In this document: piece after piece, positions 52,052-61,615 of the stretch
Layout: the number at the start of each line of letters is the position of its first letter
How positions within the stretch are numbered: position 1 is the stretch's first letter
Origin: Actinomycetes bacterium
Lineage (GTDB): Bacteria; Actinomycetota; Acidimicrobiia; Acidimicrobiales; Acidimicrobiaceae
Assembly: GCA_021850605.1 (NCBI GenBank)
Contig: JAJZLQ010000081.1
Coordinates: 13,679-77,678 of the forward strand
Length of the DNA stretch: 64,000 bases
Direction of reading: 5' to 3'
The notes under the pieces: model-generated
Seen by the model: only the letters and a program-made list of their open reading frames with translations
What the model was told of the DNA's origin: nothing
Database searches by the model: none
Translations under genes and position numbers: made by a program

Positions 52052-53002
52052 GTGAATCTGCCAAGTCAGGTCGAAATCGTGGAGGTGGGGCCGCGCGACG
52101 GCCTCCAGAGCCTCCCTCAGCACTTCTCCACGGAGAAGAAGATCGCCATGATCGAGGCGCTCGCATCCACCGGAATCAGCCGCATCGAGGCGACCAGCTT
52201 CATGCGCCCGGAGACGGTCCCACAGCTGGCGGACGCCGAAGCCGTCTTTGCCGGGCTACGGAGCCAGAACGGTTGCACCTACAGGGCCCTGGTGGCCAAC
52301 CGGCGCGGAATGGAGCGCGCATTGGCGACGGGCGTCCGAGAGGTGGTGCTCTTGGCCACTGCGAGCGAGCGCTACGTAAAGATGAATCAGAACACCAGCG
52401 TCGAAGGCAACCTGGCGGCACTGCAGCTGGCCGTCGAAGCAGCTGGAGAAAGTTCGATGCGGCTGGTTGGCGCGATCGCGATGTCGATCTTCTGCGCATA
52501 CGAGGGGCCGGTGCAGACTGACCGCACCTTGGAAATCGTGCGCCGCTACGCGGAAATGGGCGTCACCGAACTTTCCTTGGCGACCAGTACCGGAGTAGAG
52601 GGACCGGCCGAGGTTTACCGCCTGGTATCGGTGGTGCTTGATGCGTACCCGGCAACCAAGGTGGGCGTACATTTGCACAATGCCAACGGCATGGCGCTGG
52701 CCAACGCCATGGCGGCCATGCAAGCGGGTGCGACCGCTCTCGAGAGCTCGATCGGCGGGATCGGCGGCGGGATCCGGCTTCCCGGCGGCGACCAGGATCA
52801 TGGGAATGTCGCGACGGAGGACCTGGTGCATCTTTGTCTCGAGCTTGGAGTGGAGACTGGGGTGAGCCTCCCGGTGCTGCTCGAGGCGTCAGGGGAAATC
52901 GAAGCATTGCTCGGAATCCCTTTCAAGTCCTACGCGGCTCGAGGGGCTACGAAGGATGGCTTGATGTCCAGTGCCAGGACGGCCGGCTGGGAAGGTAGGT
53001 AG
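52052..53002 (+). CDS. HMG-CoA-lyase-like DRE-TIM enzyme
   Basis: EVGPRDGLQ, HLHN, GNVATED; GGCP replaced by GGGI. Confidence 0.85.
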   Translation: MNLPSQVEIVEVGPRDGLQSLPQHFSTEKKIAMIEALASTGISRIEATSFMRPETVPQLADAEAVFAGLRSQNGCTYRALVANRRGMERALATGVREVVLLATASERYVKMNQNTSVEGNLAALQLAVEAAGESSMRLVGAIAMSIFCAYEGPVQTDRTLEIVRRYAEMGVTELSLATSTGVEGPAEVYRLVSVVLDAYPATKVGVHLHNANGMALANAMAAMQAGATALESSIGGIGGGIRLPGGDQDHGNVATEDLVHLCLELGVETGVSLPVLLEASGEIEALLGIPFKSYAARGATKDGLMSSARTAGWEGR

Positions 53003-53004
53003 AA

Positions 53005-54225
53005 GTGGCTGGAAGCGGTGAGCTCATGGGATCCGGGCAAAAACCCCTTGACGGTATTCGGGTTCTGGATCTGTCCAACCTTCTTGCCGGTCCCACCATG
53101 GCAATGCACTTGGGGGACTTTGGCGCCGACGTGATCAAGGTGGAGCAGCCCGGATGGGGCGACGAGCTCCGACGCTGGGGCCTGTCCAAGGACGGGGTCC
53201 CTCTCATGTTTAAGCTGGTGAACAGGAACAAGAGGGTTGTAACCGCTAACATGCGGGTTCCCGAGGGCCAGGATATCGTGCGCAGGTTGGCCGCGACGGC
53301 CGACGTGGTCATAGAAAACTTCCGACCCGGCACCCTTGAGCGCTGGGGGCTGGGCTATGAGCAGCTGTCAGATATCAATCCTCGTCTGGTGATGGTACGC
53401 GTCACCGGCTACGGCCAGACAGGACCGTCTTCGCAACGTCGCGGATTCGGGACCATCATCGAGGGGATTAGCGGATTCGCGGCACTGACGGGTATGCCTG
53501 GAGGGCCGCCGCTTCTACCCTCCTTCGGCTTGGGGGATGCCAGCACGGCAATCTTTGGCGCCTACGCAGCGATGCTCGGACTCTTTCATGCGCAACGCAC
53601 CGGCAAGGGCCAGTACGTCGACCTTGCCCTGTACGACGGCCTTATCATGTTGCTCGGCTCGCACATCATCGACTATGACCAGCTAGGGTTCGTGCAGCCG
53701 CGCCTGGGAAGTCGGACCGCGTTCGTGGCGCCTCGCAACATATACCCCACTGGCGATGGGGAGTGGGTCGTTATCGCCGGCTCCACGCAGAAGACTTTTC
53801 TCGCCATTCTCGATGCACTCGACCTGCAGGAGCTCGGGCAGGATCCGCGCTTTGCGACCAACGCCGACCGCCTGCAGAACGTTGAGGTGCTCGATGAGCT
53901 GATCACGGGGCGCCTGATGCAGCTGACGCAGGCGGAGGTTCTAAAGCGCCTCGAGGATTCCGGCGCGGCGGTAGGGCCAATCTACGACGTCGAAGACGTC
54001 CTGGGGGACGAGCAGATGAAGCATCGCAACGTGGCCGTCGCCGTGGAGGACCCCGAACTCGGGACGATCCGGATGCAGAACGTCGCCGTCAGGCTCTCGT
54101 CCACCCCCGGGGAGGTCCGTTGGAGCGGACCCGGGATCGGCGCCCACAACAGCGATGTGCTGGGTGGCGAGCTCGGTTTCAGCGACGACGAACTCGATGA
54201 CCTGCGTGCGAGGGGTGTCATCTAG
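53005..54225 (+). CDS. family III CoA-transferase (CaiB/BaiF)
   Basis: GADVIKVE, NRNKR, ENFRPG, ITGYGQ-like VTGYGQ, catalytic GD. Confidence 0.93.
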   Translation: MAGSGELMGSGQKPLDGIRVLDLSNLLAGPTMAMHLGDFGADVIKVEQPGWGDELRRWGLSKDGVPLMFKLVNRNKRVVTANMRVPEGQDIVRRLAATADVVIENFRPGTLERWGLGYEQLSDINPRLVMVRVTGYGQTGPSSQRRGFGTIIEGISGFAALTGMPGGPPLLPSFGLGDASTAIFGAYAAMLGLFHAQRTGKGQYVDLALYDGLIMLLGSHIIDYDQLGFVQPRLGSRTAFVAPRNIYPTGDGEWVVIAGSTQKTFLAILDALDLQELGQDPRFATNADRLQNVEVLDELITGRLMQLTQAEVLKRLEDSGAAVGPIYDVEDVLGDEQMKHRNVAVAVEDPELGTIRMQNVAVRLSSTPGEVRWSGPGIGAHNSDVLGGELGFSDDELDDLRARGVI

Positions 54226-54650
54226 GCGCTTTCAAGTGGCATCTCCGTGGTGCTGGCCCCGCGATCCGCGTGGCCGCAAGACCAGGAGGCGCGTCGATCC
54301 AGGGGGCGGATCTTCGCGGCGGGCAGCGACCACACGATCCGATCTGTAGTCCCCCTCATTTCGAGAACTCGCCCGCGGCGTGAGCGCGGCGGGCGCCTCG
54401 AGGGCCCCCGGGCCTGCCTGTACCCTTAAGGCACCTTTACCGGTGGTGCCACGCCATCGGCACCTGACATCGGAGGAGAGACGCACCTCGAGAGACGTTC
54501 GTGACAAGGGTATATGCCAGTCGTGTGCCTCCTTCATCAGCGCGCCGGTTCAGTCGACCGGAGGGTCGCGCGCAGTGAGTGGCCGCCGGGCGCCTTTGCA
54601 GGTTCGCGCCGGATGCTTAGGGCGGTCGAAGCATAAGGATCTATTGGGCC

Positions 54651-54857
54651 ATGGCCCACATCAAGATGCCGGGCTGGGTCACGCTCGAATAAGAGGTATT
54701 CGGTGCTCCCCACGACCCGGTGTTGATGCTCATGATTGGGCTGGGTGCCCAGCGGGTGGCTTGGCCGCGGCCGCTCTTTGAGCGCTTGGCGGCAAAAGAC
54801 CGGTTCGTGATCGCCTCCGACAACAGGGACTTGCAGACTCTCTTCGACGATCAATGA
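54651..54857 (+). pseudogene. truncated alpha/beta hydrolase
   Basis: MAHIKMPGWVTLE*EVFGAPHDPVLMLMIGLGAQRVAWPRPLFERLAAKDRFVIASDNRD. Typical hydrolase N-terminus with an in-frame TAA, ending after DNRD. Confidence 0.75.
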
Positions 54858-54923
54858 CGGTTGGGAGGTGCTCTCGCCGGTCGTAGAGGTCGCGATGAGA
54901 GGAGACCTCCCGCTGGCGACCGA

Positions 54924-55159
54924 TTAGCACTTGGGGCAGAGGACCTCGCCGATTATCTGCTCGATGCCGATCTCGGCCACGGGCCCCTGGCGTTGGTAGT
55001 GAAGGACTCTCGTGCCCTTCAGTCCGACGACGGCGTTGCAGATGTCGTTAGGATCGACAAGGACGGGGGAGCTCGTAAAGGCTTTGTATTTCTTCACAGC
55101 TTGAGAAGCTACAGGTTCCCCCGTCGCTCCTGTTCCCAGGTGGACTTCATTACCGAGCC
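54924..55159 (-). mobile_element. ISL3-family remnant (left end and 57-aa transposase N-terminus)
   Basis: Begins GGCTCGG at 55159. ORF 55097-54924 reads DPNDICNAVVGLKGTRVLH...EVLCPKC*, resembling an ISL3 N-terminus up to the first CxxC. Confidence 0.6.
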
Positions 55160-55224
55160 AGCTTTCCGAGAGCCTCAGACCCCGCTAAAAACTGAAGAAC
55201 CAGCAAACCGTGCAACTCGTTCCC

Positions 55225-55319
55225 GGCGCAACCCTTACGCTCGTCCACGCATGGGACACGACCGCCCTGTACCGCGCAACGGCTTCGCGACCTCGCCCGC
55301 GGCACCGAAACCGGATTAA
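55225..55319 (+). pseudogene. possible decayed tyrosine-integrase C-terminus
   Basis: With frameshifts reads GATLT-LV(A)RMGH..ALY-ATA, like the integrase motif GATL.EL..RMGH...ALIY.HA; points toward the tRNA-Lys 3' end. Confidence 0.35.
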
Positions 55320-55397
55320 ACACAAAGGTCACACCCATGGTGCATTCTGGTGATGCGCGTTTGTTGGTGCGATATTGTCGGCGGTGGGTACGACTTT

Positions 55398-55472
55398 TGG
55401 TGCGCCCCCTGGGATTCGAACCCAGAACCTGCGGATTAAGAGTCCGTTGCTCTGCCGTTGAGCTAGAGGCGC
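55398..55472 (-). tRNA. tRNA-Lys(CTT)
   Basis: GCGCCTC...GGGGCGC-ACCA, anticodon loop CT-CTT-AA. Confidence 0.95.
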
Positions 55473-55608
55473 ATCGGAACAATTAACTTAGCAGGCAGCG
55501 GCCGGGGGCAGTCCAATCGTCGAAATCGGCAATCATGAAAGCGCCTGTAGGGCGGGTCCTGCGCGCGGGCGCCCAGCGACTCTTACCGATCTTGATGTAA
55601 TGAGGAGT

Positions 55609-55686
55609 TGGGGTGACCGAGGGGACTCGAACCCCCGACCTCCAGGGCCACAACCTGGCACTCTAACCGACTGAGCTACGGCCACC
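55609..55686 (-). tRNA. tRNA-His(GTG)
   Basis: G-1 plus GTGGCCG...CGGTCAC-C-CCA, anticodon loop TT-GTG-GC. Confidence 0.95.
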
Positions 55687-55812
55687 GCGCGCCTACAGCT
55701 TAATCGTGGCGTGACGCGACTCTGGCCAGCGGAGGTGAAGCTTTGGCAACTGAGCGCCGATGCGGCGCCGTCTTTTGGGCGGATGGGCGGACATTAGATT
55801 GGTAACCAACTA

Positions 55813-55885
55813 GCCCCTGTAGCTCAGTGGATAGAGCAACTGCCTTCTAAGCAGCAGGTCGTAGGTTCGAATCCTACCGGGGGCG
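55813..55885 (+). tRNA. tRNA-Arg(TCT)
   Basis: GCCCCTG...CGGGGGC-G, anticodon loop CT-TCT-AA; followed by CAA, not CCA. Confidence 0.94.
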
Positions 55886-55891
55886 CAATAT

Positions 55892-55914
55892 AGGACTAGC
55901 TCAGGGCTGGTCCT
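55892..55914 (+). terminator. hairpin after tRNA-Arg
   Basis: AGGACTAGC-TCAGG-GCTGGTCCT followed by TCTT. Confidence 0.55.
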
Positions 55915-56219
55915 TCTTCGATTCTCGAGATTGACTACATCCGGGCGGCATAATGGTTGTCCGGTCTTCCGTGCACCTGGACGATCCTGCACCACGACAC
56001 CAATCGACCCAACTCTGGGCCCGCGAGCCCGTGCGTTGGCGGGTCCACGAATCTGTCGGTTAGCGGTGGGGAGCATGCGGATCGATCGCGTCCCGCAAGC
56101 GGCGGGCCCGCACGAGAACTTCGAGCGCGGCGAACCTCCTGGTGCAGAGGTCAAGGCGCTGACCCGTGGCGGGCTAGTCTCCGCGAGAGAACGGGCAAAA
56201 ACATGGAACGGAGAAGTGG

Positions 56220-56630
56220 ATGAGCGACGCATTTAGCAAAGAGGAGCGAGCCGCGATGAGGGCAGCAGCCTCCGAAGCAAAGGCAGCAAAGGCGGGTGCG
56301 GATATGGAAGCTGCATGCCTCGCTGCAATTGCTGCCATGTCGGGTAAAGACAGAGAGTTGGCAGAAACACTCCATGACTTGGTCAAGGAGCATACCTCTC
56401 TGGGGGCGAAGACGTGGTATGGAATGCCCGCTTATACCAACGGCGACGGCAAGGTAGTCGTATTCTTCCAGAGCGCCGCCAAGTTCAAGGTGCGATACGC
56501 CACCATTGGATTTCAGGAAGCAGCGCACCTCGACGAGGGGAACGTCTGGCCGACCGCGTATGCCGTGTCCAGCCTGACTGCCACCGACCAGCAGCGGTTG
56601 GTGGTACTACTCAAGAGAGCCGTCGGTTAA
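56220..56630 (+). CDS. DUF1801 (YdhG-like) protein
   Basis: KTWYGMPAY, VVVFFQ, RYATIGF, WPTAYA. Confidence 0.8.
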   Translation: MSDAFSKEERAAMRAAASEAKAAKAGADMEAACLAAIAAMSGKDRELAETLHDLVKEHTSLGAKTWYGMPAYTNGDGKVVVFFQSAAKFKVRYATIGFQEAAHLDEGNVWPTAYAVSSLTATDQQRLVVLLKRAVG

Positions 56631-57086
56631 GGGGCAGTTCCGTGCGCTGGGGTCTTTGGGGGGCCGCCCGCACAACCATTGCCCTGGCCCGTCGGCGTTC
56701 CGACAGTTAGCCGTATACGGGCTGGCTCTTGCAGGAGGGTGATGAGATGTGCCTTCCAGACGAAGCGGGGCGCGGATGGCCATACCAGACTTATGTCGAG
56801 TCGAGCCGAGGTGGTATGGCCAGGTAAGCCATTCGGCGTCGCTGATACAAAGAGTTCGTGACCCTGAACTGGCTTTTCGTGCGCCGCGTTGGGGCCCGGA
56901 CGAGTGTGCCGCCGATCTGCAAAGCGGGAACTTTTCGGGGTGGTTGCCGTGCCGTCTAGACCCGGAAGAGCGTTGCGAACGCCAAGGTCTGGCACGTCGA
57001 TTCTGGAGCAGGTACGCAGGGCGAATACTTGCTCGAATCGACGGGGTTCGGCACGTGCGTATCGATATTAAATGGGCTCCAGGACA

Positions 57087-57114
57087 TTGACTGGAGAAGC
57101 CATAGCTATATAAC
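57087..57114 (+). promoter_or_regulatory. housekeeping-sigma-like promoter of the E1 cassette
   Basis: TTGACT-N16-TATAAC, then GGAGG RBS and ATG at 57152. Confidence 0.55.
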
Positions 57115-57151
57115 ATCGGCCACATTCCATCAAGGGGGGCGGAGGTGCCGT

Positions 57152-58126
57152 ATGGACCAGAAGATCAAAATCGAGCTCTATAGGACGATGGTTCTGATCC
57201 GCAGTTTCGAAGAGGCGATACTGCGCGATTATCATGCTGACAAGAAGCCTGCCTGGGATATCGGGGCTGGGCTGATACCAGGCGAGATGCACCTTTCCGC
57301 CGGCCAGGAGCCGGTAGCGGCGGGGATATGTGCCAATCTCAGCTCCGGCGATGGTATCACAGCCACCCACCGTCCGCACCATCTTGCAATTGCTCACGGA
57401 GTGAGCCTCAAGGCACTGGCGGCGGAGATATTCGGCCGGGAGACCGGGCTCGGCAAAGGGCGAGGCGGGCACATGCATCTTTTTGACCCGGCGAGCCACT
57501 TCTCATGCTCGGGGATAATCGCAGAGGGATATCCGCCGGCACTAGGGCAAGCGTTTGCCTTCAAGTGGAAGAAGACCCCGAACGTCATCGTGGCGGTGAC
57601 GGGAGAGGGTGCAGCGAACCAGGGAGCTTTCCACGAGTCGCTCAACCTGGCCGCACTTTGGAAGCTGCCCGTCGTCTTCGTGGTCGAGGACAATGACTGG
57701 GCCATATCGGTGCCTAGGCAAGCCTCGACCGCCATCGCGTCAAATGCCGAGCGAGCCGCCGCCTACGGAATTCCCGGAGAGCGCATCGAGGACAACAATG
57801 TCGAGGCGATCTGGCGCTCGGCCAAAACGGCGATAGACCGTGCCCGCTCTGGTGAGGGGCCATCGCTGCTCGAGATTCACACTGTTCGACTCTGGGGACA
57901 CTTTGAGGGGGATGCCCAGGCATACCGGGATGACCTGGATGCGGCGAGGGCTCACGATCCACTGCCGGCTTACGAGGCGCAGCTGATAGGTGAGGGATTT
58001 CTTGACGCCGCTCAAGCCGAGGCCATTAAGGAGGAGTCTGCTGCCGAGGTAGAGGCGGCCTTGTCCTTTGCGAAAGCCTCACCTTTGCCCGACGCGGCCG
58101 ATGCTCTCCGCTACGTCTTCGCCTAA
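57152..58126 (+). CDS. TPP-dependent dehydrogenase E1 alpha subunit (substrate unknown)
   Basis: HLSAGQE, GRGGHMH, TPP motif variant GEGA...EDND, GHFEGD. Confidence 0.93.
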   Translation: MDQKIKIELYRTMVLIRSFEEAILRDYHADKKPAWDIGAGLIPGEMHLSAGQEPVAAGICANLSSGDGITATHRPHHLAIAHGVSLKALAAEIFGRETGLGKGRGGHMHLFDPASHFSCSGIIAEGYPPALGQAFAFKWKKTPNVIVAVTGEGAANQGAFHESLNLAALWKLPVVFVVEDNDWAISVPRQASTAIASNAERAAAYGIPGERIEDNNVEAIWRSAKTAIDRARSGEGPSLLEIHTVRLWGHFEGDAQAYRDDLDAARAHDPLPAYEAQLIGEGFLDAAQAEAIKEESAAEVEAALSFAKASPLPDAADALRYVFA

Positions 58127-58150
58127 CACCGAGTTCAGGAGGAAATCGAA

Positions 58151-59185
58151 ATGACAGTTACCGAGAAAGAGGCGTCGCCTGCCATCAGGCGGCTCACCAC
58201 CTCGAAGGCGATGGTGGAGGGAATCGCCCAGGAGATGGAGCGCGATCCCTCTGTCTTTGTCCTGGGAGAGGACGTTGGCGCATATGGGGGCATTTTCTCC
58301 TCCACTACTGGTTTGCTCGAGCGGTTTGGGCCATCCAGGGTTATGGACACACCCATTTCCGAGACCGCCTTTATCGGGCTGGCTACAGGGGCGGCCACCG
58401 AAGGAATGAGGCCCATCGTGGAACTGATGTTCGTCGACTTCTTCGGAGTGGCGATGGACCAGATCTATAACCACATGGCGAAGATTCACTTCGAGTCGGG
58501 GGGAAATGTGAAAGTTCCCCTTGTCCTGATGACTGCGGTGGGAGGTGGGTACTCCGATGGAGCCCAGCATTCCCAGTGCCTTTGGGGGACCTTTGCCCAC
58601 CTTCCCGGGATGAAGGTGGTGGTACCCTCCAGCCCTGCGGACGCCAAAGGCCTGATGATCGCGGCTATCCGGGACGACAATCCCGTGGTCTATATGTTCC
58701 ACAAGGGGATAATGGGCCTGCCTTGGATGGCTCCCAACCCGCGGGCCCTGGCGCCTGTGCCTGAGGAGGCCTATGAGGTGCCGATAGGATCGGCTGCGGT
58801 GGTCCGCCAGGGCAACGACGTCACCATCGCTACCCTCTCGCTCTCCGTGCATCATTCCCTCGACGTTGCGGAGGAACTGTCTGCAGAGGGCATCGAGTGC
58901 GAAGTAATCGACTTGCGCACCCTGGTTCCTCTCGATCGCGCGACCATCCTCTCCTCGGTGGCCAAGACCGGTCGGCTGCTCGTCGTCGACGAAGATTACC
59001 AGTCCTTCGGACTCTCAGGTGAGCTGGCTGCAATAGTGACCGAGACCGATCCGCGCTTGCTCAAGGCGCCCTTCCTGCGAGTTGCCGTGCCTGACGTGCC
59101 AATTCCTTACTCACGCCCGCTCGAGTACGCCGTCTTGCCCACCAAGACACGCATTGCGGCGGCGGTTCGAAAGTTGGTGGGGTGA
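58151..59185 (+). CDS. TPP-dependent dehydrogenase E1 beta subunit
   Basis: GEDV, DTPISE, ELMFVDF, AQHSQ, IDLRTLVPLD. Confidence 0.95.
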   Translation: MTVTEKEASPAIRRLTTSKAMVEGIAQEMERDPSVFVLGEDVGAYGGIFSSTTGLLERFGPSRVMDTPISETAFIGLATGAATEGMRPIVELMFVDFFGVAMDQIYNHMAKIHFESGGNVKVPLVLMTAVGGGYSDGAQHSQCLWGTFAHLPGMKVVVPSSPADAKGLMIAAIRDDNPVVYMFHKGIMGLPWMAPNPRALAPVPEEAYEVPIGSAAVVRQGNDVTIATLSLSVHHSLDVAEELSAEGIECEVIDLRTLVPLDRATILSSVAKTGRLLVVDEDYQSFGLSGELAAIVTETDPRLLKAPFLRVAVPDVPIPYSRPLEYAVLPTKTRIAAAVRKLVG

Positions 59186-59415
59186 GTAACGAAGTCCGTT
59201 TTCCGGTGCTTTCCAGTGATCAGGCATCCGAGGGACTGGTGGCCACCTGGTTCGTTGCCGACGGCGAATCCGTCAAGACCGGTCAGCTCATTGCCGAGGT
59301 GCAGGTAGACAAGGTCTCCGCGGAGGTGCAAGCTCCCACGGCCGGTGTCATCCGCATCATTGCAGGGGCACAGGCGACCGTGAAGCAAGAGGCGCTCATC
59401 GCCGTCATCGAATAG
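59182..59415 (+). CDS. free-standing lipoyl-domain protein (77 aa)
   Basis: GESVKTGQLIAEVQVDKVSAEVQAPTAG with lipoyl-Lys in DKV; GTGA overlap with the beta subunit. Confidence 0.92.
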   Translation: MSNEVRFPVLSSDQASEGLVATWFVADGESVKTGQLIAEVQVDKVSAEVQAPTAGVIRIIAGAQATVKQEALIAVIE

Positions 59416-60088
59416 GACCGTTGCGTCCGATTGTGCCGAACGACGGGCGGACTATTTCCACGGGCGTGGCCGGTGCCGAGGTGAAGGTGACGGCTGCGGC
59501 AAGTCGGGTGCCTGGGGAGAAATCCTGCGTCTAATCCCGCTGTGCGTATTTGGGTGCCGCCGTTTCCGACGTCAACGCCGGAGGGAACCACCTTGGGTCG
59601 GGCCGGATCTGTTCGAGTCCGGTTCGAGCCAGAGGGAATCTCTCCTTCGGGTGAACCGGCCGGCGGCCCTTGGCGTTTTCCTGGCCTTACGCCGGGAGAC
59701 TGCGGCGATGACAATTGAGCGATTGATGACCCCGAAGCATGTCCTGCGGACCTCTCAAGCGGCCCGCTTGCAAGCTTTCCGGCCGGGTTGAGGCTGAAGG
59801 CAAAGACCGCCGCCGGCCTTGCTCTTGCTCGCTTCCCGGGAGCTTATGGCCGGGCCCTGGTAGGACGCTGATATGCCGGCTGTGGCGTTCCCGGATTGGA
59901 GGGAACGCGGGTCATCTATTCACGGCTCGTGCAGGCGGTGAGCGGTGTGAAGTGGTGGCCCGCATAGCTCCAGGTGATCATGGCCGGCCTGGCTCCTCGG
60001 ACGTCCCTGCACCGCCCCGTCGAGGGCGGCTATCCTCGCCGAGGCCCCCAGCTTCCCCCTGGCGGCGAATTCGCCGCAGCGGGCGGTG

Positions 60089-61615
60089 TCAATGTGTTTG
60101 GAAAATCCGGTAGTAGAGATCCTCCCCGTTGCTGGTGGGCAGGGGATCAGCCTTCACGAGCTTGTAGGTGCGCCGCCCATTTTCGTTGCGCTCCGCCCGC
60201 ATGAACAGGGCCGTATCGGGGTGTTCGAGTCGCAGGCTTTCCGCCAAATCGTAAAGATGCGTGACATAGACGACCTTTGAACCCGATTCGAGCAGCGCTC
60301 TTACGACCTGCCGTCCGATTTCCGAACCCTCTCGCTCATTGGTCCCGGCGAATGATTCGTTGAAGAGCAACAAGGACTTTGGAGATACCTCGTCGGCGAT
60401 CCGGCCCATCCTGCTCAGCTCTTCGTCAAGGCGGCCACTGGTCATAGACGGGTCTTCCTCTCGAATGAAGTGTGTGAAGATCCCCTTGGCGACTCCGGCA
60501 TCGAAGGACTGCGCCATCACAAACATTCCTGCTTGCATCATGAGTTGAGCCAGCCCGACGCTGCGTAGAAAGGTTGACTTTCCGCCGGAGTTGGGGCCGG
60601 TTATCACCACTAGCGGCTTCCCGTCGGCGTACGCACTGTTGCCCACCACCGGCTGCTCGAGCCGCAGCGCCAGGCATATGTCTCCCAGCTCCATAAAGGA
60701 GAGGCTTGGTGGATCCCAGCTGAGCGGACGAGGGACACAAAAAGTCTCGCCTTTTGCCACCAGGCGATCTCGGAGATTTAGGCACCCTACGTAGAAGCCC
60801 AGCTCCAGCCGGAGCATCGCGAAAAAGCTCCTTATGTGGTCTGCTGACTGCGCGGCCGCGTTGGCCACCAGGTTCAGACCGCGAGCCTCCAGCTCGCCCA
60901 CCGCCTGGGCACCTGCCTCATCACGCGGGGGGATCGAGAACGAGTAGGCATTCCTGGGGCCCAGTCCGAGCCGCTCTCGCCAGGCCGGTCGGCGGCTCCC
61001 GGGTGAGCGCAGGACGTAGTGTACGCCAACGTTCCCACCCCCGAGCTCGGCGCTCATGGTGACTCCGTTCTTGAACCGGAGCTGCTTCAGATGCCGCCTC
61101 ACGGTCTCGAAGTATTCATTGTCAAGCTCGAGCTGAAGCGTGCGGAAAAGATTTGAAAACCCCTCCGACTTGAACTCCGCAGCGTGCTGATCGGCTGTGC
61201 CTCTAACCCGCTTCAGCAGCTCCATGTACATGTCAAGCGCGCGCACTGCGCCTGCGAGTATCGAGGCCGGAAAGTGCGAACTCCAACCCCAAGAGGCCTT
61301 CTTGGGGACGTCCATCGCCTCTGTCGCAATGTCGTAGAGTTCCCGGACCAGTTCGGGTCGAGCAAGGCAATCCGCCAGGACGTGCTGGCGGTAGACGATC
61401 GCGGCTGGGTCATCCAGGCTGGCCAACATTACTCGCATGGCTACTTCGAAGAGGAACCTGTCGCCACGGCTCATGACGTTGAACAGCGTCACCAGCTCCA
61501 GGTCTTGGACGAGGTCGAGTTCGTGGGGCGACAGCTCCTGTTCCAGATCGAGCTTGCGAGGAAGTTCGGCGGGGATTTCGAAGTCGCGGTCTCGATACAA
61601 CAGCAGGGCTTTCAT
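60089..61615 (-). CDS. truncated MutS-family ATPase, subunit B (domains III and V type)
   Basis: TGPNSGGKST Walker A, LLLFNESF Walker B variant, VTHLY, GxR-T-YKL...PLPTS-G; no GxFxE domain. Confidence 0.9.
   Translation of the reverse strand: MKALLLYRDRDFEIPAELPRKLDLEQELSPHELDLVQDLELVTLFNVMSRGDRFLFEVAMRVMLASLDDPAAIVYRQHVLADCLARPELVRELYDIATEAMDVPKKASWGWSSHFPASILAGAVRALDMYMELLKRVRGTADQHAAEFKSEGFSNLFRTLQLELDNEYFETVRRHLKQLRFKNGVTMSAELGGGNVGVHYVLRSPGSRRPAWRERLGLGPRNAYSFSIPPRDEAGAQAVGELEARGLNLVANAAAQSADHIRSFFAMLRLELGFYVGCLNLRDRLVAKGETFCVPRPLSWDPPSLSFMELGDICLALRLEQPVVGNSAYADGKPLVVITGPNSGGKSTFLRSVGLAQLMMQAGMFVMAQSFDAGVAKGIFTHFIREEDPSMTSGRLDEELSRMGRIADEVSPKSLLLFNESFAGTNEREGSEIGRQVVRALLESGSKVVYVTHLYDLAESLRLEHPDTALFMRAERNENGRRTYKLVKADPLPTSNGEDLYYRIFQTH

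Noticed and set aside
56989-57005. sigma-54 promoter TGGCACGTCGATTCT before the E1 cassette
   Set aside because: The -12 GC is missing, and a better TTGACT/TATAAC promoter lies closer to the start.
59708-59790. MTIERLMTPKH as an excisionase or BldC-like HTH remnant
   Set aside because: Resemblance covers fewer than 10 residues and the rest of the helix-turn-helix is absent.
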